Below the pieces are notes generated by a model. The model ran no database searches and was not told the origin of the DNA. It was given only the letters and a program-made list of their open reading frames with translations. The position numbers and the translations under genes are program-made. Of a stretch of DNA of 28,365 bases, positions 1 through 8,748 are shown piece after piece (position 1 is the first letter of the stretch; each line of letters begins with the position of its first letter). The stretch is taken from contig NW_021833552.1 in the NCBI RefSeq assembly GCF_006345805.1, positions 1-28,365 on the forward strand, given 5' to 3'. This DNA comes from Octopus sinensis (Eukaryota).

Positions 1-130
1 CTGACGGTCAGGAAAGTGAGAACGTATTTTATGTTTCGAGCGGTACGCTCTTCACCAAAGGAATAGAGGAAAAAAGACAGAGAGTGAATAACACATAATA
101 ATCGAAGTGTACAGTGTTATATGTCCATTA
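1..130 (-). mobile_element. Probable Penelope-like element LTR fragment with degenerate hammerhead-like motif; cut by window edge
   Basis: Minus strand of 28-58 reads TTGGTGA-A-GAGCG-TAC-CGCTC-GAAA-CATA. It shares sequence (ggaaagt...tttcgagc...gctcttc...aa(a/g)ggaa) with 25631-25678. Confidence 0.45.
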
Positions 131-230
131 CGGATGTATATAATTATCGTTCACATAACATCTGTATATATGTTCAGTGAACGATAATATTTTGAAAACA
201 AGTGTTTAATATTTACTTGCATATAAATAT

Positions 231-315
231 TTATGTATGTGCGTGTGTGTATGTGTGCATGTGTGTGTATGTATGTATGTATGTATGTATGTATGTATGT
301 ATGTATGTATGTATA
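231..315. repeat. (TG)n/(TATG)n microsatellite
   Basis: Direct reading. Confidence 0.95.
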
Positions 316-601
316 TGCGTCCTCTGAGCAAAATCTTTCAGTGCTGTACGCCTGCTTTAGCATCCGTGATGTCACCACTCCCACTTTGTCAGTCGTGTTA
401 ATCTTCTTTCCCTAGCGTGACCGACGACACACACACACACACACACACACACATTGCGTTTTATGATATGTAAGATAATAATAAAAATAATTTACAAGAA
501 AAACTTTAGTTTTGAACATGTCGAATCGGGAGGAAAAGAGGCCCCCCCATGACATTTGTAAAGTGATGGGGAGTCTGATGTCGCTAACGATTGGGTTATA
601 G

Positions 602-853
602 GAATGATTCTTAACCAGATTTACCCGCAGGCTCCATTGGTTCCTAATTTACTCGGGTGGACGTTCAATGTTTAAGAAATCCTATTATTATATTATATTT
701 CTATGATTAAATATTATTAGGAATTCTATTAAAAAGAATTGTTAAATTATTCTGTGTATTGCAGAAGTAAAACCGATTTATTGCAGATAAATTTTAACAA
801 CTAAATCTTATTGCGACCCCAAGGCTCATGTGGGCCCCGGTTGAGAATTACTG
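602..853. mobile_element. hAT (Charlie-like) MITE, degenerate
   Basis: Left end gaatgattcttaacc versus reverse complement of right end cagtaattctcaacc: 11/15 match, resembling CAGTGGTTCTCAACC-type TIRs. Flanking 8-mers ggttatag (594-601) and gtttagag (854-861) match 6/8, consistent with a decayed 8-bp TSD. Confidence 0.6.
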
Positions 854-1029
854 GTTTAGAGGAATAAAAAAAATAATTATGACAGATAAAATTCGAAATA
901 TAATAAGGGGGTATGATGATTTTGGGAGGGAGAAGGAAAAACGAAGGGGCGTTTACGCATGCGCATTCACCGCTTAGAAATTTGAAGCCGAGGCTGAAAG
1001 GCGACCAACAGGAAAACTAACGGGAAAAA

Positions 1030-1080
1030 TTGACCACGGCGCGATTTGAACTCAGAACTTAAAGAGCCGGAACAAACGAG
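1030..1080 (-). mobile_element. Fragment of the Nin/Deu-type SINE family
   Basis: Minus strand tctttaagttctgagttcaaatcgcgccgtggtcaa matches the B-box region (gttctgagttcaaattccgccgaggtcga) of the copies at 15211 and 18882. Confidence 0.6.
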
Positions 1081-1127
1081 GCACACAGTGAAATACAGTG
1101 CTTGGAGAAGGGACGGGTGCTATGGCT

Positions 1128-1640
1128 TCTTCTTCTTCTTTTTCCTTCTTCTTCTTCTTCCAATCAGGACTCACGCCATTAGCCACAAAGAATAATCTCT
1201 AATTCGAGCCTGCTCTAGGCTACTAAGAATGCGTGTGGCAACTTGAAGGTCCACCCACCACACGCGATAGACTGGAGGTTGTACGGGCGCGAAAGCTACG
1301 TTGTTATCCTCATTCCGTAAACGGTGGCTTTTAACGGGTGGAGAGCTGAACCATCCTGGGGTACAGAGGAGTCGCAATCTAGACTAGGGTATGAAGGTTT
1401 ACCACACCATAGTGGGTTACACCATGGTTCTTCTGCTTTGTGGCAGAAGTAGGAAGAAAGAGTGAGAGAAAGTTGTGGTGAAAGAGTACAGCGGGATTCA
1501 GCACCCCTTCCCGCCGGAGCCTCGTGGAGCTTAGGTGTTTTTGCTTAATAAATACTCACAATGCCCGGTCTGGGAATCGAAACCGCGTTCTTACGACCGC
1601 GAGTCCGCTGCCCTAACCACTGGACCATTCCGCTTCCACT
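1128..1640 (-). mobile_element. Composite tRNA-derived SINE, 513 bp: tRNA-type head, unique ~280-bp body, (GAA)n tail
   Basis: Head has A-box TGGTCCAGTGG and B-box-like GGTTTCGATTCC and matches the 27264-27578 head over ~190 bp. Tail is (TTC)n on + at 1128-1160. Flanked by a 12-bp TSD, ggtgctatggct (1116-1127) / ggtactatggct (1641-1652), 11/12. Confidence 0.75.
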
Positions 1641-1954
1641 GGTACTATGGCTACGTACAAACACACTCCGCTCCTGGCCCAGTGGTGTGCTGTCTCTGCT
1701 CCCTCTCTGTCTTTTCTATCGCTTGTATATTTTCTATCTAAAAGATAATTGGTCAGTCTCTTAGCGCCAACCAGACAGGTTATTTTATTTATGCAGAAAA
1801 TAGTGAGATATCACATCTTATTTAAGATAGAATACTTCTAGTAATATCTCACACAGCAAGGTAACGCACATTAATTAGCAAGACAAACTATTTCTACTAA
1901 TGGCCGAAATATAATTACTAATTAGGCTATGGTGATTTCTCATTAATAAATATA

Positions 1955-2591
1955 GGCGTAGGAGTGGCTGTGTAAGTAAGTAGCTTGCTTACGAACCACA
2001 TGGTTCCGGGTTCAGTCCCACTGCGAGGCACGTTGGATGAGTGTCTTCTACTAGAGCCTCGGGCCGACCAGAGGCTTGTGAGTGGATTTGGTAGACAGAA
2101 AGTGGAAGAAACCCGCCGTGTATATGTATGTATATATACATATATAAGCAACACGTATTTGTTCGTCTCCCTGCGGCCATTAGGCACAACTTCACAAGCC
2201 AGCCCCATACTCAACTCGTCCTGTCGAAAGACCCTTGTCCTACGTCCTGGTTTCGTTTTGTTTTTTATTTTTACCGTTATTGTTTTTACGTTTTTGTATT
2301 CTTATTGGTGTCACGTATTCTGTATTTTTGTTCGTGTACTTCGTTCGTTTTCCGTCCTCGTGTTGTATACATTCGAAGCTTTCTTCCAGGGGATCTAATG
2401 CGCTTGGCTTAGATTTCCCTTGGCGGGCTGCCCATATCGGAGCAATCTCAAGATTAATCAGCCGAAATTGCTAAGATGATCTGGTTCTTGACTGATGACT
2501 GAGGGCTTCGAATGTCCCGTCCGGTGGTTCTTGTGTCGTCTCTGTGGTGTTTCATGTTCTTGTCCATGTCTGTAATTATTTTGACTGTTTA

Positions 2592-2658
<67 letters not shown>

Positions 2659-2723
2659 GTGTTTGTGCGTTTTATTTTTTGTCCCCCCAGCATCGCTTGA
2701 CAACCGATGCTGGTGTGTTTACG
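1955..2723 (+). mobile_element. Tripartite tRNA-derived SINE (CORE-like head, (TA)n middle, tail) interrupted by an insertion at 2147-2593
   Basis: Head ggagtggctgtg...ggttccgggttcagtccc...gaagaaacccg (1955-2120). Tail tgtccccccagcatcgcttgacaaccgatgctggtgtgtttacgt (to 2723). Same architecture is intact at 15456-15850. Confidence 0.75.
2147..2593. mobile_element. Unclassified ~450-bp insertion in a (TA)n tract (possibly Penelope-related)
   Basis: Non-repetitive block bounded by TA repeats on both sides, separating the SINE head from its tail. No TIRs seen. Confidence 0.45.
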
Positions 2724-3396
2724 TTGTGGTGGTGATTGTGGTGGTGACAGTGGTGGTGATAGTGGTGATGGTGGTGGTTGTGGTGGCGGTGGTGGTAGCG
2801 GTGGTAATGGCGGTTGTAATGGTGGTTGTGGTGGTGGTGGTAGCGGTGGTGATGATGGTGGTGATGATGACGGTGGTGGTGATGGTGGTGGTTGTGGTGG
2901 TGGTGGTGGTAGCGGTGGTAATGGCGGTTGTAATGGTGGTTGTGGTGGTGGTGGTGGTGGTGGTTGTAGTGGTAGTGATGGTACTCATTGTTTACTTGCT
3001 CTAGTACTATGGCCACAACTACATCCCCTATTAAAGCCACCACCACCACCACAATGACCACAACAAACGCCACTACCAACACAGTGACCACTACCACCAC
3101 CGCTAACACAACCGCTACCACAAAAGAAATAAAACCACCACCACCACCACCACGAGCACAATGACCACAACCACAACGGCACCCTCTCCCCCATCGTACT
3201 TCTACTACTCTAACCACCACCACTGCAATAGCCAACACCTCTCCCCCAATCCACTTCGCCAGCCATTCATTCAATAAAGGAAGTTTTTCACTTTGGCCAG
3301 CAGGTGCTTTGGGAGGAAATTAACAGTTGAATCCGGATGGTGGGGCACGGCGGGAGAGGATATGGAGGGAATGTGCATGTGTGTATATATGCGAAT

Positions 3397-3477
<81 letters not shown>

Positions 3478-3533
3478 ATACAGATATATATATATGTATA
3501 TATATACTAATATATCATGTGCATATATATATA

Positions 3534-3584
<51 letters not shown>

Positions 3585-4303
3585 GTATGTATACACAAAC
3601 ATGCATGTGTTTATACATAACACAAACACACACACACATATATATACATATATACATACATGCATACATACACATATATATATATAAATATGCGTAGATA
3701 GACATCTATGAATGTATGTATGCCGTATATATATATATATATATACACACATATGTGCACACAAACACTCACAGATATACAAGTATATATTTATATACAT
3801 ACGCATACATACATATACACGCACCCCATACATACACATACATACATACAAACAAGTGCATATATATAAATATGCATACATACATATATAAGTACATAAA
3901 TATGTGTTTGCGTGTGTATGTATGTATATATATATATATATATATATTTAAGTGTGTGTGTGTTTTGTGGATATCTACTGACCCTCTACAAGAGTGAATA
4001 ATGGTGGCAGTTGGGACTGGTGGTGGTGGTGGTGGTGTGGTGGTGGTGGTGGTGGTGGTAGTAGCGGTGATAGTAGTGGTAGTAGTCGTGGTAGTGGTAG
4101 TGGAGTTGATGATGTGGTTAGTAATCTTGGCTGTAGTAGAAGTAGTAGCGGTGGTAGTGGTGGTGGTAGTGGTGGTGGTAGTGGTGGTGGTAGTGGTGGT
4201 AGTGGTGGTGGTAGTGGTGGCAGTAGCAGCAGTAGTGGTAGTAGTTGTAGTAGTAGTAGTAATTGTTGTAGTAGTAGCAGTAGTTGTTGTAGTAGCAATA
4301 ATA
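2724..4303. repeat. Low-complexity block: (GGT)n, (CCA)n, long (TA)n/(CA)n, then (GGT/AGT)n
   Basis: Direct reading. Includes a 114-bp-period internal duplication (tagcggtggtaatggcggttgtaatgg at 2796 and 2910). Confidence 0.9.
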
Positions 4304-4452
4304 ATAAGTTACGGGCACGTAAACACACCAGCATCGGTAGTCAAGCGATGGAGGGGGAAGACACAAAGACATACACATACATACATATATATATATATAT
4401 ACACACACGCACGCGCACACACACACACACATACACACACACACACGCACAC

Positions 4453-4521
<69 letters not shown>

Positions 4522-4684
4522 CACACGACGGGCTTCTATTCAGTTTTGTCTGCTAAATCCATTCACAAACTTTGGTGGACCCGAGGCTATAGAATACATT
4601 TACCCAAGGTGTCACGCAGTAGGACTGAACACGGATCCATGTGGTTGGGAAGCAGGCTTCTTATCAATCCGCTACGCATGCGCC

Positions 4685-4685
<1 letters not shown>
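4304..4685 (-). mobile_element. Tripartite CORE-like SINE copy
   Basis: Minus strand head ...ccaaccacatggatccgtgttcagtcctactgcgtgacaccttgggtaaatg..., then a CA/TA microsatellite, then tail catcgcttgactaccgatgctggtgtgtttacgtgcccgtaactta. Confidence 0.8.
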
Positions 4686-4779
<94 letters not shown>

Positions 4780-4785
4780 TACATA

Positions 4786-4812
4786 TCAGCTGAATTACCC
4801 GGCGTTGCCAGT
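4786..4812 (-). other. Helitron 3' terminus (hairpin plus CTRR-like end)
   Basis: Minus strand CTGGC-AAC-GCCGG hairpin, then GTAATTCAG, then CTGA|T (canonical CTAG|T, here altered). Lies ~140 bp downstream of the helicase stop. Confidence 0.65.
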
Positions 4813-4924
4813 GTTACTGCTGTTCTTATTCAGGTTTTTTCCCTCATAATTTTTTCAAAATATCCATATTTTATTGAAAAATATCTAAATTGTAATTTTG
4901 ATAAAATTTAGAACTGAAAACCTG

Positions 4925-5415
4925 TCAATGTTGAAGCACCTCAGGGTAAACAATATTCATTGTGTAATTTTTTGTTGGTGTCCAAATGAATAAATTGTTG
5001 CAGTTTTCAACTCGTGAGCAGCCAACATAGAGTTGGCCGTGAGAGGAGCATGTAGCAGAGAGATGGAGTTCAACAACCTTGATGGATTAACCCTGAGATT
5101 TGTTAATTGAAATAGCAAACTTAGTTTGATTGGAAACAAACGTCTTAAATTCAAATGGAACATCTGTCGGTATGAAAGGAAATTTTGGAATAAAGGCATT
5201 TACTTCTGTGTGACTACCTGTTATGATTGTTGCCTAGAGGATATGGGGCTTCACGGAAGTAACAATTAAGCGAGTTCCATTACACAGGTCAGGTGGGTCA
5301 AAAATCCTAAGCAACATAATAGGAGTGTCCAGATTTAGTGTCAGGTTATGCGGTGGCATCCCAGTGGGTTTAAGTATGTTCAGAAATTCAACAGGGTATT
5401 GTCCTTTAGAATATG
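4925..5415 (-). pseudogene. Helitron RepHel PIF1-family helicase C-terminal fragment (stops and frameshifts)
   Basis: Translates to YPVEFLNILKPTGMPPHNLTL..TPIMLLRIFDPPDLCNGTRL..., then FPIKLSFAISINKSQG*S...HGQLYVGCSRV...TMNIVYPEVLQH*. These are the Helitron helicase motifs (LCNGTRL, FAxTINKSQG, HGQLYVAxSRV, NIVYPEVL). Confidence 0.9.
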
Positions 5416-6367
5416 GTACGTAATGAAAGCGCAAACACACACTCACAGACATATATAGACTCATATACAAAATGTATCGTAGTGGTGGTGGTGGTGGTGA
5501 TGGTATACTATGCCGTACGTAACGAATGCCCGAACACACATACACTTACAAACACATACACACACATATACAAAATGTGACGTCGTGGTAGTGGTTGTAT
5601 AAAATGTCATTTACTATAGCTGACTATAGAAAGATTATTTTTGAGAAAATATATTGTTTTAATCGAAATGAGAAAAAAACTTCATGTTGACACTCAGAGC
5701 TCTAATACAATTACCTTGTGGAATTTGATTTGATTTGGTGGAGTTGTTTGAGAAAACAAAGAGAACAGACAAAAAATGTTATATAGAGAGAGATATAAAC
5801 AATATATAATATACAAATATGATATATATATATATATATATATATCTTTCTCTGTGCTGGGAGAAAAGAGAATTTACTATAAAAACAAACCCCCAGCCCT
5901 CCCTCCAACGTATAATTTACTTTAAAAAGAAATACTTTAAAAGGGAAAAACGTGAGAAAAAAAGAAAAATTAATAATCTAATTTAACAATAGACACAAAA
6001 CATGTGCCTTCTCGCACATAAACACAGTATTCACACATATACAAACATGCGCAGATGCAATTATTGAAGTACTAAATGGCACGTCAAATGATATTTAATC
6101 GTGTGGAACATGTTACATGCATATCAATATTCTAAAGTTGGACATACTATTCCTTATCCTAAAGCTGCTTCAGACAATTAGGAAGGGTTCCCGACTCGTT
6201 GCACCGTCTGCTTTCAATCTTGGATTGTGATTCGGCTCAGCCCAAACTCTCTCAGATTTTGTCTGCTGTTGCCTACTCCTACAAGGATTGCACCTGCTTT
6301 TTGTTCCTGATTTAACCCCGATTTGTCCTAGAGCCCATAGAAGATTGTTTTTAGTCAACCATCCATC

Positions 6368-7828
6368 ATGTCAGCTACCTACGGATCGAAACTGAGATCT
6401 GCAAGAAGGGCTTCTCATCAAGATGATGGTCCTACCAATAATCAGCTCAACGAGCAGTTGCTGTTGCTCAAACAAGAGGTTGAGCACCTAAAGTCTGTTG
6501 TTCCTCTCTTACTGAATAAACAGTCTCCTGTTGACGCAGAGTCACCCTTGATTTCTTCCCTGGAGACGTCCAAACCGAAGGGAACAAAATCGAAGCGGTC
6601 AAAGAAGGCGAAGGAACCGGCGGTCGTTTCTGCACATGATCGTTCCCGTGCGGATTCTTCCTTCATCTCACTCTGCCTTTTCGGTCCCGGAGGTTCCCCA
6701 ACCTAATTTGAGGAGCGTAGACTCAAAACCACCTGAAGACCGTTGTTCTCCCCAAAAGAAGAAACGTCGTCAAAACTCCAGTGGGGCGGATTTAGCTATG
6801 AAACCTGACCACGATAAACGGTCTCCTGTTGACACAGAGTCACCTTGATTTCTTCCCTGGAGAAGCAAAACCGAAGGGAACAAAATCGAAGCGGCCAAAG
6901 AAGGCGAAGGAACCGGCGGTCGTTCCTGCACTTGATCGTTCCTGTGCGGATTCTCCTCATCTGCCTTTTCGGTCCCGGAGGTTCCCCAACCTAGTTTGAG
7001 GAGCGTAGACTCAAACCCACTGAAGACCGTTGTTCTCCCCAAAGGAGAAACGTAGTCAAAACTCCAGGGGCAGATTTGGCTATGAAACCTGATCACGATA
7101 AAATCTGTTTGGATTCTCCTTCACTTGTCCTTCCCATTAATGCCATTGCTCAACCAATTCTGAACGATCTCGATGTGAGTTCATCTGGGGAGTGGTGCTC
7201 CCCCAAACCGAAGAAGAGGCAGTGCAGTTCCAAACCAGGCGGGAAAATTATGACCACTAAATCCATTCCGATCGACCCCACAGGCCGACATAAGTCCGAT
7301 GGCTATGAAACCACCCTTTCGAAATCCTCCAATGAAGAATCGAATACCGCAGCTCATAGTAGAGAACTTTTTGCCCACTCAAGATCAGCAATAATATATG
7401 GCAAAGCTGAATCCACCTGTGATACAGGCATAAACCGCCTAAAAGATGACATTAATTTTGTTTCCATTTTGGTTGGAGAATTGTTCTCTGTGAACGAAAA
7501 TGTCAGTGTTCTTAAGGTCGCTCGGCTAGGAAGATTCCAAGCGAACCCAACCGCAGATACTAGACCACGCCCAATAAGGGTAATCTTTTCTTCTGATCGG
7601 GAGGCTTCAGTCTTTCTGAACAGAGCTCAGACGCATGCCTGGGAGGACCCCAATATGTGTTTTCGCGAGGAATACTCACTAAGAGAGAGAATTCGCCGGA
7701 GGAACCTGATATCCGAACTAAATATGAGGAAACAAATGGGAGAGAAGGGTTTACGAATCCAAGATGGACAGATAATCAAGTCCTACCTCTGGTCCCATGC
7801 TGTAGTGCTGACAGGGAAAGTGATGTGA
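6368..7828 (+). pseudogene. LINE ORF1 (nucleic-acid-binding protein), interrupted by indels within an internal duplication
   Basis: Short coiled-coil-like N-terminus (LNEQLLLLKQEVEHLK) and basic repeats. C-terminal 7076-7828 has the CR1/L2-type ORF1 pattern: IIYGKAES..D..V...LGR...RPRPIRVIF...RERIRRRNLISEL..R.QMGEKGLRIQDGQII. Frame changes near 6660 and 6845. Confidence 0.75.
6521..7102 (+). repeat. Tandem duplication inside ORF1, units 6521-6818 and 6819-7102
   Basis: Both units start (c)agtctcctgttgac/(c)ggtctcctgttgac and end gctatgaaacctga(c/t)cacgataaa. ATAAA also precedes unit 1. Confidence 0.95.
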
Positions 7829-8748
7829 GGGCAAATCGAAGTGAAGTTGATACCCCCGTCAACGATGCTATCTCTGATGCCCTTTATTCTGCTTATTCCC
7901 CAACTCCCGCCCCTCAGACTTCACAGCTCAGCATCGTCTACACCAACTCGTGCTCCTTATTCCCAAAGTTCAGTGAACTATTTACACTGGCCATACGTGA
8001 CTCCCCTGATGTGATAGCTATCACCGAGACTTGGCTGACTCCAGCAGTAAAGGACTCAGAAATCCACCTGCAGGGCTACGTCCTTTTCAGATGTGACAGA
8101 GGAAAAAGGCGAGGTGGAGGTGTTGCTGTGTATGTTAAGTCTGAGCACAAACCGTCCTGCGGTATTCTACCCACAAATGCTCAACCTACAACAAAATTCG
8201 ATGCCGTCTATTGCAAGCTGAGCCTATCTGAGTTTTGCCTGCCCGTGTTGGCTGTCTACAGGCCGCCTCTTGCCGACCCCCAGGACGATGCTCATCTCCT
8301 CGAAGCGATAAGATTCGTTTCAGCTTCGCATGACTGCTTGGTACTAGGCGACTTCAACGCTCCCACGATCGATTGGCCCGCATCTTCCCGGTTCGGCCAG
8401 GCCCTTCTTGACGTGGCTGAAGATTGTTTTCTATCGCAACATGTTGAATATCCGACAAGGCATCGGTCTGGGCAGCAGCCATCAATGCTAGATCTGGTAT
8501 TCTCCCGCTATCCAAGATCAGTGTCAGACGTATCTGTGTGCGCCCCTCTTGCCAAGAGTGATCATGCGGTCCTGAAGTTCGTCATGCACACAACTTTTTC
8601 TACGCCCATGATTACTTCGCTGCCACGTAGAGTCTTCTCTGCAATTAATCTTGAAATTCTAACCGAGGCTTCCGCGCTTCTGGACTGGCGATCCCTGATG
8701 ACGTTGTCCTCAGTTGACGAACTATGGTCATCCTCAAAGCATATGTAA
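7597..8748 (+). CDS. LINE ORF2 part 1: APE-type endonuclease (frame open from 7597; no ATG before the domain)
   Basis: Motifs IVYTNSCSL, DVIAITETWL, RCDR..RGGGVAVYV, AVYRPP, LVLGDFNAP, MLDLVF, SDHAVL. Joins part 2 via a 1-nt deletion near 8730. Confidence 0.9.
   Translation, partial: SGGFSLSEQSSDACLGGPQYVFSRGILTKRENSPEEPDIRTKYEETNGREGFTNPRWTDNQVLPLVPCCSADRESDVRANRSEVDTPVNDAISDALYSAYSPTPAPQTSQLSIVYTNSCSLFPKFSELFTLAIRDSPDVIAITETWLTPAVKDSEIHLQGYVLFRCDRGKRRGGGVAVYVKSEHKPSCGILPTNAQPTTKFDAVYCKLSLSEFCLPVLAVYRPPLADPQDDAHLLEAIRFVSASHDCLVLGDFNAPTIDWPASSRFGQALLDVAEDCFLSQHVEYPTRHRSGQQPSMLDLVFSRYPRSVSDVSVCAPLAKSDHAVLKFVMHTTFSTPMITSLPRRVFSAINLEILTEASALLDWRSLMTLSSVDELWSSSKHM

Noticed and set aside
2492-2520. 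CTGATGA followed by GAATGTC as a hammerhead
   Set aside because: Core heptamer is canonical, but there is no stem II, GAAA is incomplete, and stem I arms do not pair.
2657-4911. Long ORFs encoding Gly-, Val-, His- or Thr-rich proteins (e.g. 2707-3057, 3994-4911)
   Set aside because: They are translations of stop-free trinucleotide and dinucleotide microsatellites, open in several frames and both strands, and run through SINEs.
6121-6130. atatcaatat / atataatat (10786) as the LINE TSD
   Set aside because: Imperfect, AT-only and adjacent to a TA microsatellite; not significant.
7814-7820. GGGAAAG as a second slippery site
   Set aside because: Out of phase with ORF1 codons (ACA GGG AAA GTG).
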